This document shows positions 10,811-21,246 of a stretch of 64,000 bases of DNA, in pieces (position 1 is the stretch's first letter; each line of letters starts with the position of its first letter). A program made the position numbers and the translations under genes. The notes under the pieces are model-generated. The model was not told the DNA's origin. It made no database searches and saw only the letters and a program-made list of their open reading frames with translations. The DNA comes from an uncultured bacterium. Its GTDB lineage: Bacteria; Patescibacteriota; Minisyncoccia; Moranbacterales; UBA2206. The stretch is from positions 217,939 through 281,938 of the forward strand of contig CAIKZD010000009.1 in NCBI GenBank assembly GCA_903831805.1, given 5' to 3'.

Positions 10811-12448
10811 TTATATTCCACTGATCTCACCTGTATCTTCTTCAAGAATAAGTTGTTTTTTGCGGAAAAGTCTCCTATTTAAAGATCCTTTCAAATAAAT
10901 ATATTCTTCCATTCTAAGCAGGTGTGCCACAAGAATAAAAACCGCCACGCCGGCCATCGAAGAAATAACCAATTGCGAAAAAACGCCGATAAATCTTTCC
11001 AGATCAACCAGGCCGGACATCAGATATTTGAAAAGTTGCACGGAGAGGCCCGCAAAAAAAGTAGCTGTGACAACTTTGCCAACGCTAATGATTATCCTGC
11101 GATCATCCAAATTTTCAAACTCCATGCGCAACGCAAAAAGCAAAAGAAACATCTGGACCACCGCAGCTAGAGAAAAAGCAATGGCCAAACTGAGAATCTG
11201 GTATTTTCCAATCAGAAGCACCACGGCCAAAATATTGACCCCCTCGCTGACGAGGGCGATATAGAAGGGCGTCTTAGTGTTGTGCATGGCATAGAAGGCC
11301 CGCGCCAAAAGCGGCGTCACACTCTGCGCGAAAAGACTGAGCGAAAAAATGCCAAGACATTGGAAAGTGAGAATGGTATCTTCCCAGTCGAATTTCCCCG
11401 CCCCAAAAACCACCCGCACGATTTGCGCTCGGAGCAAAAGCATCAGAACACTGATCGGAATGACGAAAAAAATAATTTGCCGGAAAGTTTCGGAAAAGGC
11501 ATTGATAAATTCTTCGTTTTTTTTCTGAGCAAACAAACTGGAAAGAGTTGGAAAAACGGCCATCGCGAAAGAAATTCCGACCAGCCCCAAGGGCACGCTT
11601 TGCAAATTTTGCGCCAAATTAAAAACGCCCAGTGATCCGGAGGCTAAGAGTGAGGCAAAAATTGTGATAACAAAAAGATTGATCTGATTGACTGCGATGC
11701 CCATGGTACGCGGAATCATTAAGGTGAAAACTTTGCGCACTTCTTGATTGGAAAAACTGGCCGCCAATGACCACTTATGTTTAAATCCCAGTTGACCGAC
11801 AAAAAGATATTGGGACATGAGATGCAAAAATCCCCCGAAAACCACGCCCCACGCCAGACCGATCGGTCCCATCATCCTGGCAAACACCAGAATGCCAAAA
11901 ATGATGCCGGCATTATAAAAAATCGGCGCCAAAGAATAGGTCAGAAAACGTTTATAAGAAGTTAGAATACCGCCAAGGATGCCACTAATACCTAGAAGCA
12001 AGGGGCTGAGAAACATGACTCGGGTGAAAACTACCAACTGTGCCAATTTGTCGGGCGAGAACCCGGGTGTGAGCGCTTTCATAATGAACGGAGTAAAAAT
12101 GGCAAAGGCAGCGGAGAGGACCACGATGAAACACAAAGCCAAATTCATAATACCATTCGCCATGTCCCACGCCTCTTCTTCTTTATCATTACTGAGCATC
12201 GCCGCAAACACCGGAATAAAAGCGGAAGAGAGCGCCCCCACAATAAGCAGATTGTAAATCAGATCCGGCACGCGAAAGGCAGCGTAGTAGACATCGAGTG
12301 TATCCCCTGCTCCAAAAGTAGAAGCCAGCAAACGATCACGAAAAAGTCCCAGCACTCGACTGACTAAGCCTGTCACAGTAATCAAAAACGCCGCCGAAAC
12401 AACCGAGCCGGAAATATGGTCATTGAGTTTTAGGATTTTTTTGATCAT
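10811..12448 (-). CDS. murJ: Lipid II flippase MurJ (MviN)
   Basis: SRVLGLFRD, AAFRVPDL and GALSSAFIPVF; many TM segments. Confidence 0.95.
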   Translation of the reverse strand: MIKKILKLNDHISGSVVSAAFLITVTGLVSRVLGLFRDRLLASTFGAGDTLDVYYAAFRVPDLIYNLLIVGALSSAFIPVFAAMLSNDKEEEAWDMANGIMNLALCFIVVLSAAFAIFTPFIMKALTPGFSPDKLAQLVVFTRVMFLSPLLLGISGILGGILTSYKRFLTYSLAPIFYNAGIIFGILVFARMMGPIGLAWGVVFGGFLHLMSQYLFVGQLGFKHKWSLAASFSNQEVRKVFTLMIPRTMGIAVNQINLFVITIFASLLASGSLGVFNLAQNLQSVPLGLVGISFAMAVFPTLSSLFAQKKNEEFINAFSETFRQIIFFVIPISVLMLLLRAQIVRVVFGAGKFDWEDTILTFQCLGIFSLSLFAQSVTPLLARAFYAMHNTKTPFYIALVSEGVNILAVVLLIGKYQILSLAIAFSLAAVVQMFLLLFALRMEFENLDDRRIIISVGKVVTATFFAGLSVQLFKYLMSGLVDLERFIGVFSQLVISSMAGVAVFILVAHLLRMEEYIYLKGSLNRRLFRKKQLILEEDTGEISGI

Positions 12449-12452
12449 ACTA

Positions 12453-14825
12453 TTATTGCGTAAATGCTACTCCGATAAATTTGTCTGTTTTTAAATCAGT
12501 TTCCGTCCTGGCGCCCATTTCATTATTCGGCCCACTATCAGTGGGCAACATTTTGAGATCCGGCGATTGCCAAAGAGTTTTGTAGGTGGATGGATAATCG
12601 ATCTCACTGGAAAAACCGCTCCCCAGGCTGCCGGATTGTTTCTGCGCCAAGAGCGAATAAGTATCCGAGAGATGTAACGGATCCATGACTATTTTGAAAG
12701 GCAAGAGATAGGTATATTTAACGGTCACTGTTTCTTTCGGACTGACATAAACCCAATTGGCAAAAACAGTTTTTTCGCCGGTGGTATAAATTTTGGTTCC
12801 ACTCTCCGGATCGATTTGGGCCGCATCTTCTTCCGCTTGCACTTGCGGGTCACTGCTATACCCAAGTGCTTTGTAATCGAGCGGCGGAGCATCCACTTCG
12901 CGCGTCTGGCCTTCGGCGCTGAGCAGTTTCGCGCCTTTGGGCACATACACACGCAAATAATCAGCATTCACCTTGTTCCACCATTCATAAGGCGTATCTC
13001 CTCCATTATGATGACGAACAATCGTCAAGGTGTCAATGATACTGCCATCGGCTTGAATCTCGGCTTTATGCGTCAAGTGCTCATCAATCACCCCGTCAGT
13101 CTTAAAACCATTAATATTAGTGTTTATAACGCTCACATAATCTTTCGGAGTGTTTAACATTTCTCCCGACCAACCATTATCCGACAAGACCTGCTCAATC
13201 TCGGGATTCTTGGAATAGATCAAAATCTGTTTTTCATTAAGACTGGCCACTAGCACGTTTAGCGCCTGAGACATCTCAGAAAAACTTTTCATATTCAGTA
13301 TCTTATCCAGAATTTTGGGCGCCAGATCTCCCAAAATTTTCTTGGGATTATTCAATTCCTTATCATAATCCACTTCCACTTGATATTGGATTTCCTGGAT
13401 AAAATTATCCTTGTCGACTGTAATGCCATATTCCGGCATCTCAATCGGACCGGTCATCTCCAGCAGTTTTTGCATCACTGTCGGCGTCATAGTGACAACG
13501 CCGTCCACCGTGGGACCACCGGCTTTTTCATAGAACCAGGCCGCTTTTTCAGCGCTGGTGGGAAAATCCGGGAACCAGTTGGAGTCATGCAAGCTCCAAT
13601 TGGCGCTGATTTTTTGGATAGGCCCAGGTGGGATAATTTTAGTCCTGAGCTGCCCGTCCGGATTGAATATTCCGTCGATGAAAAACTTGCGCACTCGTCC
13701 GTTAAAAATATCCAAGAGGCCATAGCTACCGATGAAGCCGCCCGTCGCGCGGGCCTCCTGATTGTTTTGGAATAGGAACAAATATTTCCGCGGCCCATTG
13801 CCACCCAAAATGTCATTAAAGATTTTTTCTTGCCCCAAAAAAGCGGCGGCGGCCTGATTGACTTCCGGCAGCGCCTGTTTCATTTCCACAAATTGGCTCC
13901 TTTCGCTGCTCGGCACATCATCCACATTAACACTATTTAATTCCTTTTGCGCCGAAGCAAACAGCGCGGCGATCTGTTTGAGATGATCCTCATTGCCGCG
14001 GAAAAGACTGAGATATGAAATGGAATTACCTTGATCATTTCCCGTTTTTAGAGCGTCCATATTTTTGAGCATCCCCGCAGCCAAGATTCCAATCTGGGAA
14101 ATATCATTGCCGGCGGAAATGATGTGGCTACCGGAGGAAATTTTGGAGAGATAAGGCACGTATTTAGTCGCATTCACCAGGAGTTGCCCCATGTCATCAA
14201 ACTGACCAGACACTTGATCCAATTTTTCATGCGCGCTATTGAACTCGCCGTAAGCTTTCTCAAAATTGCCGCTTTTGATGCTGCCTTTGGCCGCTAAGAT
14301 TTCCCCCATCGCCGCCTCTGCGTTCGCGAGACCATTTTTCTTAATGGCCAATCCGCGGATGACAAAATTAGCCACTAACGCAATCGCTATGAAGGCGACG
14401 CCGAACTTCAAAAAAAGCACAGTTCTTCTTTTTTTTTCTTGCCCGGATAATGGACGTGTCTTTTCCAAGCGGAACGTTGGCGCGTTTTCCTCTTCTTCTG
14501 AATTTACGTTCTGATAATCGCGATCAGTTGCCTCAGCATAATTTCGACTGCCGCTGTTGGAAAAATCTTCCCATTGTTTCTTTTCCGCCTCCCTTTCTTC
14601 TCGCAGATATTTACTATAGCTAAACTCTTCCTGCTTTTTATCCGGTGGCTGTACTACGCCGCGAGTTGACATACCTCTTTCAACTGCATTGCTAACACCC
14701 TCCTCCACTTCCACAAGAGTCACAACTTTTTTCATTTTTTTGATTTTTTCCAGATCCAAATCACCCGCCTCATTGACCGGTCTGACATCGAACATTTGTG
14801 GTAATATTTTTTTTCGTTCTGTCAT
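12453..14825 (-). CDS. DUF4012-domain membrane-anchored protein
   Basis: YLFLFQNNQEARATGGFIGSYG and DSNWFPDFPTSA motifs; start chosen at MTERKK. Confidence 0.88.
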   Translation of the reverse strand: MTERKKILPQMFDVRPVNEAGDLDLEKIKKMKKVVTLVEVEEGVSNAVERGMSTRGVVQPPDKKQEEFSYSKYLREEREAEKKQWEDFSNSGSRNYAEATDRDYQNVNSEEEENAPTFRLEKTRPLSGQEKKRRTVLFLKFGVAFIAIALVANFVIRGLAIKKNGLANAEAAMGEILAAKGSIKSGNFEKAYGEFNSAHEKLDQVSGQFDDMGQLLVNATKYVPYLSKISSGSHIISAGNDISQIGILAAGMLKNMDALKTGNDQGNSISYLSLFRGNEDHLKQIAALFASAQKELNSVNVDDVPSSERSQFVEMKQALPEVNQAAAAFLGQEKIFNDILGGNGPRKYLFLFQNNQEARATGGFIGSYGLLDIFNGRVRKFFIDGIFNPDGQLRTKIIPPGPIQKISANWSLHDSNWFPDFPTSAEKAAWFYEKAGGPTVDGVVTMTPTVMQKLLEMTGPIEMPEYGITVDKDNFIQEIQYQVEVDYDKELNNPKKILGDLAPKILDKILNMKSFSEMSQALNVLVASLNEKQILIYSKNPEIEQVLSDNGWSGEMLNTPKDYVSVINTNINGFKTDGVIDEHLTHKAEIQADGSIIDTLTIVRHHNGGDTPYEWWNKVNADYLRVYVPKGAKLLSAEGQTREVDAPPLDYKALGYSSDPQVQAEEDAAQIDPESGTKIYTTGEKTVFANWVYVSPKETVTVKYTYLLPFKIVMDPLHLSDTYSLLAQKQSGSLGSGFSSEIDYPSTYKTLWQSPDLKMLPTDSGPNNEMGARTETDLKTDKFIGVAFTQ

Positions 14826-15952
14826 CGCTTTCTTATTTTTCCATAAAGTTCCAACGTCTCCTCCGCCATTTTTTTCCAACTATACTTCTTAGCTTGTGCG
14901 TATCCTTTTTCAATCAAATCTTGGCGTAATTTTTCGTCCTTAAAAATATCGCGGAGAGCGCTTGCGATGCTTTCCACATTTTGACCGTCAAAATAGTAAG
15001 CACTGCTGCCCAAAATTTCCCGTGCACAAGCATAGTCCGAAGCCACCACCGGCGTCCCGCGCGACATCGCTTCCAGGGCCGGCAGTTCAAAGCCCTCATG
15101 CAAAGATGGCCGGACATATGCCAAAGCATTCCGGTACAGCGCGTCCAAATCATAATCCGGCACAAATCCGGCAAACACCACGTTACCGATGCCATTCTCT
15201 GCGACTAAATTTTTCAGTCTCGTATAAAAATAGTCTTCCCCGCCCACAAAAACCAATTCCACTTCTTTAGTTTCGGTTTCGATTTTTTTCATCGCTAGCA
15301 CCAACCGCTCCGGATTTTTGTGCGGATAGACGTTGCCCACATACAGGAAGAACGGCTTGGCGATCCCGTAGCGCGGCAAAATTTGTTCCTTGGCCCGAAA
15401 ATTGAACAAGCAATAATCGTCGCAAGCTTCATAAGTGACCACAATTTTCTCCTCGGGAATTCTGGGATAATTTCTAAGAATGTCCTTTTTGGTGAAACGC
15501 GAAACGGCAATGATGCGGTTCGAGCGATGGACCGCCGAACTGATGACCATCTTATAAGCCGTAAATTTCAACCAATACAGAATGGGCGACAAGGTAGAAC
15601 TTCGGATGGTTGGATAATTAAGCAATATCAAATCATGGATAGTCACGATAAATTTTCCGAAATAAAAAATCGGCACGTTGAAATGCGGAAAATGCGCCAG
15701 ATCCAATTTATATTTTTTCAAGAGCCGGGGGAATTTCAATTGTTCGGCAAAACCATACCATTTGAAATCCGCTAGCACTTTTTGAAAATTTTTGTTCTGT
15801 GGTACATATTCGTCAAAATTTTCTTTTTTCAAGAAGATAAAATACTGATTCTCACGATCGGTTTTTTCCAAATTTTCTATTAGTTTTTGCGTATACCGCC
15901 CCAGCCCCTTCCCAATCGGGCCATAAAAACGCGCATCAATCCCTATTCGCAT
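14822..15952 (-). CDS. Glycosyltransferase family 4
   Basis: MRIGIDAR, TIHDL and EGFELPALEAM. Confidence 0.92.
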   Translation of the reverse strand: MRIGIDARFYGPIGKGLGRYTQKLIENLEKTDRENQYFIFLKKENFDEYVPQNKNFQKVLADFKWYGFAEQLKFPRLLKKYKLDLAHFPHFNVPIFYFGKFIVTIHDLILLNYPTIRSSTLSPILYWLKFTAYKMVISSAVHRSNRIIAVSRFTKKDILRNYPRIPEEKIVVTYEACDDYCLFNFRAKEQILPRYGIAKPFFLYVGNVYPHKNPERLVLAMKKIETETKEVELVFVGGEDYFYTRLKNLVAENGIGNVVFAGFVPDYDLDALYRNALAYVRPSLHEGFELPALEAMSRGTPVVASDYACAREILGSSAYYFDGQNVESIASALRDIFKDEKLRQDLIEKGYAQAKKYSWKKMAEETLELYGKIRKR

Positions 15953-16060
15953 AATGGCTGATTTTTATATTTACGCTTCCATCCATAACCGCCTCTAGCT
16001 GATTTAATTATACCAAAAAGTCAAGTTTATGGACAGCCAAAAAAACAGAGACGCAAAAAA

Positions 16061-16089
16061 GTAGAGACGCAGCATTGCTGCGTCTCTAT
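16061..16089. repeat. GTAG-type REP palindrome
   Basis: GTAGAGACGCAGCA-T-TGCTGCGTCTCTAT; near-identical copy at 30086-30116. Confidence 0.85.
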
Positions 16090-16109
16090 TTTTTTGGTTA
16101 TGCTATTTC

Positions 16110-17273
16110 TTACAAAGAATTAAACACTTTCAACGTTTTTCGCGCGGTGACCATCCAATCAAATTCCTTGGCTTTCTCCAAACCTTTTTTTGCCAGTGTT
16201 TCTCGCAATTCGTGATCAGTGAGGGCTTCCCGCATGGCGCGGTAGAGTTCATCGGGTTTGTCGGGGTCGACCAGGATGGCTGCGTCGCCGACCACTTCCG
16301 GGAGCGACGAATTATTGCTGGTGATGACCGGCACACCGCATTTCATAGCTTCCAAGGGCGGAAAACCGAATCCTTCAAAAAAAGACGGATAGACAAAAAG
16401 CGCCGATAGATTATACAGATACGGCTTGGCTTCGTTGGGGATAGCATGAATCACTTTAATTTTTTTGCGGTAAGGAGAATTTTCAATTTCAGAGAAAGTT
16501 GTTGCCGCGTTCCAGCCTGACTCGCCCACAATCACCAGCTCATATTTCAAAAGATCCTGACGAGAAGCCGCTGAGGCATATTCTTGTAAAGCGTTATAAG
16601 CCCGCACCGTCCCAATGATATTTTTTCTCGGCTCAATCGTACCGAGGATCAAAATGAAATGATAGGGCAAGGCATATTCTTCCTTTGTCTTGATCAGCTG
16701 CGCATCGTTCCGGTCGATAATCTTAAAATTATGGCCCACCGCGCTATGAATGATTTCAATTTTTTCTTTGCCTATGCCATAAAGACTGACCAGATCATGC
16801 GCAGTCGATTGCGAAACAGCGATAAGTTTTTGCGCCGAGCGACAGATGTTTTTGGTGTTTATGAACATGTGCCACCATTTTCTTTTATAGGAAAAATATT
16901 CGCTATGGCGCTCGAAAGAAAGATCATGCACCGTCAGCACTAATTTCGCTTTCTGGCTCACCGCGCCAAAGATAATATTGGGCATAAAAACCACGTCAGC
17001 ATTCCCGCATAATTGATCGATTTTTGGCCAAGCTAAATACCAAAAAGCCAGATTAAGCAGCTTGTTAGGAATTTTCAATCTTTTTAGACTGACATTTTTA
17101 TAGTCGGCAAAAATCCCGAAATCAAAATTCGGTTCCTTCCAAGAGTTTAGAAAAAGAATATACTCATTTTTGCGGTCCAACTTGAACAAGCTCTGCAAAA
17201 GTCCGAGCGTGTATTCCTCCACCCCGGTGCGTCTTCCCTCCATCAGGCATCTGACATCGATTGCAATCTTCAT
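16110..17273 (-). CDS. Glycosyltransferase family 4
   Basis: [13 protein letters not shown] and [11 protein letters not shown]. Confidence 0.92.
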   Translation of the reverse strand: MKIAIDVRCLMEGRRTGVEEYTLGLLQSLFKLDRKNEYILFLNSWKEPNFDFGIFADYKNVSLKRLKIPNKLLNLAFWYLAWPKIDQLCGNADVVFMPNIIFGAVSQKAKLVLTVHDLSFERHSEYFSYKRKWWHMFINTKNICRSAQKLIAVSQSTAHDLVSLYGIGKEKIEIIHSAVGHNFKIIDRNDAQLIKTKEEYALPYHFILILGTIEPRKNIIGTVRAYNALQEYASAASRQDLLKYELVIVGESGWNAATTFSEIENSPYRKKIKVIHAIPNEAKPYLYNLSALFVYPSFFEGFGFPPLEAMKCGVPVITSNNSSLPEVVGDAAILVDPDKPDELYRAMREALTDHELRETLAKKGLEKAKEFDWMVTARKTLKVFNSL

Positions 17274-17300
17274 ATGTTGATCAGTATTTCTGCTGAGCTG

Positions 17301-17906
17301 TTATTCCAAATAATGTTTGATTAGCACCACCCAAAAGGCCAAAAATATTCCTAGGCAGAGTGACGCCAAAAGAATGATAAAATAATTCGGCTGGAACTTC
17401 GCAATCACCGGTGCGCCATAAACCAGCTTGAACCAGGTGTTTTCTTTTTGATCCAGGTTCAGTGCCTCCGTATTGCCGTTGAGCACATTCACGACACCAG
17501 CCGAGATTTTTTGCGCCTGACCCGCAAGCGGCGCATGAAATGAAACATTCACGACCTGAGAAGATCTTTTTTCGGCGGTAATATTTTTGGCAAACTGGCC
17601 CGGAGAAAAAGCACTGGCGTCGATGTTGGCTGCGGTATAAATATCGCTTACCACGCGCGGACTTTTCAGCCACTCTACCAGCGTATCGGCAAATCTTTCA
17701 TCGGCTTGCAAACGATAGAAATCGTCATATTTATAATCCGCTGTATCCTGCGTGCCAAGCCGCGTAATGCTCAACGTAAGAGAAGCATCATAGCGCACCG
17801 GCAAAAAATAGAAATAACCGAGAGCGATAATCACAACGGTCAAAATCGTTCCAAGAAAAATATTCTTATGTTTTTTTATTATATTGTAATATTCCTTGAG
17901 CTCCAT
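17301..17906 (-). CDS. Wzz/CpsC-like polysaccharide chain-length protein
   Basis: MELKEYYNII start; two TM segments flanking an extracytoplasmic loop; located in the glycan cluster. Confidence 0.7.
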   Translation of the reverse strand: MELKEYYNIIKKHKNIFLGTILTVVIIALGYFYFLPVRYDASLTLSITRLGTQDTADYKYDDFYRLQADERFADTLVEWLKSPRVVSDIYTAANIDASAFSPGQFAKNITAEKRSSQVVNVSFHAPLAGQAQKISAGVVNVLNGNTEALNLDQKENTWFKLVYGAPVIAKFQPNYFIILLASLCLGIFLAFWVVLIKHYLE

Positions 17907-17910
17907 ATTT

Positions 17911-18028
17911 TTTAAATTTCAAAATCTAAATTTCAAATTTCAAATCAATTTCCAATGACAAATTTCAAATTTTTGTCATTTGAATTTTAGATTTTATTTG
18001 ACATTTGTAATTTGAAATTTGTAATTTT
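17911..18028. repeat. AT-rich heptamer-periodic imperfect palindrome
   Basis: AAATTTC-like units followed by their complements (ATTTGAA/ATTTGTA). Confidence 0.65.
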
Positions 18029-18068
18029 TTCATACCTCATTCTTTGCACAAAGTCATTTAACCACACT

Positions 18069-19172
18069 TTAACCTTCTTCCTTGAACAAATTGTACTCCC
18101 TTTCCACGTAGTCTTTAATTTTAGCTTTAAATAGACTTTTGTCAAATTTCAAGACCGAATTGCGGATATAGTGCGCGTCATAGTGCGCCGCGTCGAATTT
18201 CTTAACAGCCGCCATGATGCTTTCAGCCGTCTGTTCATCAAAGAAAATTCCTGTCTTACCTTCTTCCACGTGCTCCGGGATATCTCCCCCGCGATACGCG
18301 ATGAGCGGCGTGCCGGCCGCCATGGCCTCAATCGCGGTAATGCCGAAATCTTCTTCTTGCGGAAAAATCAAAGCCTGGCACTGCGCAAAGTGTTGTCGTA
18401 ATTCCTCATCACTCACGCGCCCCAAAAATTCCACGTTGGACTTGGCCATCTTCTTAAGCTTGCCAAATTCCGGCCCGCGCCCGATCACTTTGAGCGCCAG
18501 TCCCATCCGGCTGAAAGCTTCCACCACAATATCAAAACGCTTATAAGCCATCATGCGGCCGGAAACTAAAAAATAATTTTTCTTTTCCGGACTGATGGCA
18601 AAATCATGGACATCAATAGGCGGATTGATCACCAGACTGTCTCTTTTATAATATTTTTTTATCCGGCGCGCGATGAAGTGTGAATTAGCAATAATTCTGT
18701 CCGGCCGATCGGCGCTGGAGCGGTCCCACAAACGGACATAGTTCATCGCGAACGGCACCAGTTTTTTGACGCAACTCGGAAAAGAAAAATCGCGCGTATA
18801 TTTTTGACAATCATCCCACGCGAATCTCATCGGCGTATGGATGTAGGAAATGTGCAGCGTGTCCACGCCAGTGATGATGCCTTTAGCGAAACTGGAAGAA
18901 TCAGAGAGCACCAGATCATAATCGGAAAAATCGAATTGTTCGATGGCAAAAGGCATGAACTGGGGAAAAATACGATGGCGCATAATGGCAAAAGGGATTT
19001 TTTGCAAAAAAGAAGTCCGAATGTCCTTGCCGGCGAAACTGCCGTGCATCAATTTCTCGCTATAGATCAAAGTATAAATCGGCGCATCCGGAAAAAGCTC
19101 GCAAAAAGCTTCCAGCACTTTTTCTGCGCCGCCATTCTGCACTAAATAATCATGAACTAGGGCGATTCTCAT
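18069..19172 (-). CDS. Glycosyltransferase family 4
   Basis: MRIALVHDYL, GGAEKVL and EDFGITAIEAMAAG. Confidence 0.92.
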   Translation of the reverse strand: MRIALVHDYLVQNGGAEKVLEAFCELFPDAPIYTLIYSEKLMHGSFAGKDIRTSFLQKIPFAIMRHRIFPQFMPFAIEQFDFSDYDLVLSDSSSFAKGIITGVDTLHISYIHTPMRFAWDDCQKYTRDFSFPSCVKKLVPFAMNYVRLWDRSSADRPDRIIANSHFIARRIKKYYKRDSLVINPPIDVHDFAISPEKKNYFLVSGRMMAYKRFDIVVEAFSRMGLALKVIGRGPEFGKLKKMAKSNVEFLGRVSDEELRQHFAQCQALIFPQEEDFGITAIEAMAAGTPLIAYRGGDIPEHVEEGKTGIFFDEQTAESIMAAVKKFDAAHYDAHYIRNSVLKFDKSLFKAKIKDYVEREYNLFKEEG

Positions 19173-19233
19173 ATAACTCCATTATACCAAAAAACCGCCC
19201 AAAAGGCGATTTTAAGGAAACTTTCAAAAAATA

Positions 19234-20649
19234 CTATAAATTGCGTCTTTTTCGAAACAGTACCCCGACAGTCTTCAAACAAATTTGAATGTCGAGCCAC
19301 AAAGACCAGTTCTCAATGTAATACAAATCAAGTCGATATTCATCTTCAAAATCCAGATCCGAGCGGCCGGAAATCTGCGCCATGCCGGTCACGCCGGGTT
19401 TGATAGTGAGAAGTCGACGGTGATATTCCATATATTTTTCCACTTCCCTTTTCTGGTGTGGCCGCGGGCCCACCAAGCTCATCGAACCGAACAACACATT
19501 GAAAAATTGCGGCAGTTCATCGATGGAATATTTCTCAATGAATCTGCCTACCCGCGTCTTTCGCGGGTCGTCTTTGATTTTGTAGAGCGGACCCCTCCTA
19601 ACACTTTGCTTATCAATCAATTCTTTTTCATATTTCAAAGCGTCTTGCAAATTTGGGTTTTTCTTAGAAATGCAAAATTCATTCTTGAAATAGCGAAATT
19701 TATACACAAAAATCTTCTTACCGTTGTCGCCGATGCGTTCATTCTTGTAGATGATTGGGCCTTCACTGTCTAAATTGATTGCCAGCGCTGTGGCAAGCAT
19801 GATCGGCGAAGTGATGATGATGCCGCAGATCGAAGCGATGATATCAAAAACCCGTTTCAAAATCCGGCCCCAACCTTCCAAAGGTGTGTTTCTCACCTCG
19901 ATGATCGGCTCGCCGGAGAGGACGCCCAAAGTGAATTTGGAAGTTTGCAACGTAGTGGGGATATATTTAAATTCAATATTATTAATAGCGGAATAGTCGA
20001 TCAATTTTTCTTGCTCGGCGTCCGTGATCATCGGGTCGCACAAAATGATTTCGTCAATGCCTTTTTCTTTTTGAATGCCTTTAATTATGTGCGGACTAGC
20101 CGTTTCAATTTGATCGATGACGCGATATCCCATGTTCGGAGTCTGGCTGATGATTTTGGAAATTTTGTCCATCTTGCCATTCCGACCGATCAAAAGAATT
20201 TTGTGCACCCCGATGCCGCGCGTCCTCAAAAGCCATTTTTGGATGAGCTGGATCAAATAGCGCGCCATGACGATATAGAAAGTGCCCAGCATCCAAGCGG
20301 ACAAAATGACAAAGCGCGAAGAAAACCATTCCCGTTTCAAAAATATCGCCACGATGACAATCACCAACCCGATGGAAGTGGCGGAAAAAATCTTCAACAC
20401 TTCTTTCCAAAATTTGCGCGTAGAGCGGATGTCATACAAGCCTTCAATGGCATAGATGATGATGAAAATCGGTGCCACCATCAGAATAATTTTGATATAG
20501 CTATGGAAAGGGAAAGTGTAGAGTTTGGGTTTCAACGCCAAAATTTCCGGCACATTCCGGATAGTATAGGCTGAAACCGCCGCCAAGACCAACATCAAAA
20601 AATCAACGGGGACTTGGATGGCGCTAAAAAATAATTCTGATTTTTTCAT
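19234..20649 (-). CDS. Priming polyprenyl-phosphate sugar phosphotransferase (WcaJ/WbaP family)
   Basis: KRVFDI, DDPRKTRVG, SIDELPQ, MSLVGPRP and KPGVTGMAQ. Confidence 0.93.
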   Translation of the reverse strand: MKKSELFFSAIQVPVDFLMLVLAAVSAYTIRNVPEILALKPKLYTFPFHSYIKIILMVAPIFIIIYAIEGLYDIRSTRKFWKEVLKIFSATSIGLVIVIVAIFLKREWFSSRFVILSAWMLGTFYIVMARYLIQLIQKWLLRTRGIGVHKILLIGRNGKMDKISKIISQTPNMGYRVIDQIETASPHIIKGIQKEKGIDEIILCDPMITDAEQEKLIDYSAINNIEFKYIPTTLQTSKFTLGVLSGEPIIEVRNTPLEGWGRILKRVFDIIASICGIIITSPIMLATALAINLDSEGPIIYKNERIGDNGKKIFVYKFRYFKNEFCISKKNPNLQDALKYEKELIDKQSVRRGPLYKIKDDPRKTRVGRFIEKYSIDELPQFFNVLFGSMSLVGPRPHQKREVEKYMEYHRRLLTIKPGVTGMAQISGRSDLDFEDEYRLDLYYIENWSLWLDIQICLKTVGVLFRKRRNL

Positions 20650-20658
20650 ATTTTAATC

Positions 20659-21022
20659 ATTTATCAAGGTAAATCTATAAGCCGGATTCTGTCGAGCCTG
20701 CCTCATCGGCAGACAAGAATAGTCATTTATCTAGCTCCATAATTACTCATGGAGTCATGCGGCACTTTCTGTAATTACGTAAATTACAGAACACGGCCTT
20801 GCACTCACGTAGGGATTTAGCCGTTTCACTTCTTATGTTTCCATAAGAACTTATCCCGAAGGATATTCTTATTATTGCTAATAAGAACGTCTCTGCTCGC
20901 ACCCCGCAAATTACTTTGGATGGGAATTACCCACTACGCTTTCCGCCTTGCGACGAAAAAGTGTCCGGACTTTCCTCCCCAACATTACTGCCAGGGCAAC
21001 TATTCGATTTACCTTGATAAAT
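20659..21022 (-). ncRNA. rnpB: RNase P RNA
   Basis: Minus strand carries GAGGAAAGTCCGGAC (5' P4) and ACAGAATCCGGCTTAT (3' P4); 17-bp P1 pairing between 20659-20675 and 21006-21022. Confidence 0.95.
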
Positions 21023-21246
21023 AACTAAAAACACAACTTCAGGTACGATGCTCAATTATACTCCCTTTTTAGGCTTTTGTCAAAGGTAAATTAGGTTTAT
21101 TGCTTAAAATAAAGCTTTTTTATCATAATATTCACACCCCCACCTTGCCTGATATTAGCATAATTCATACAAACTGTAAAATAAAAAATAGCCGGACATG
21201 CTCAACGCGTCAGACTATTTTCTCCTGATACTTATCTTATTCGTTC

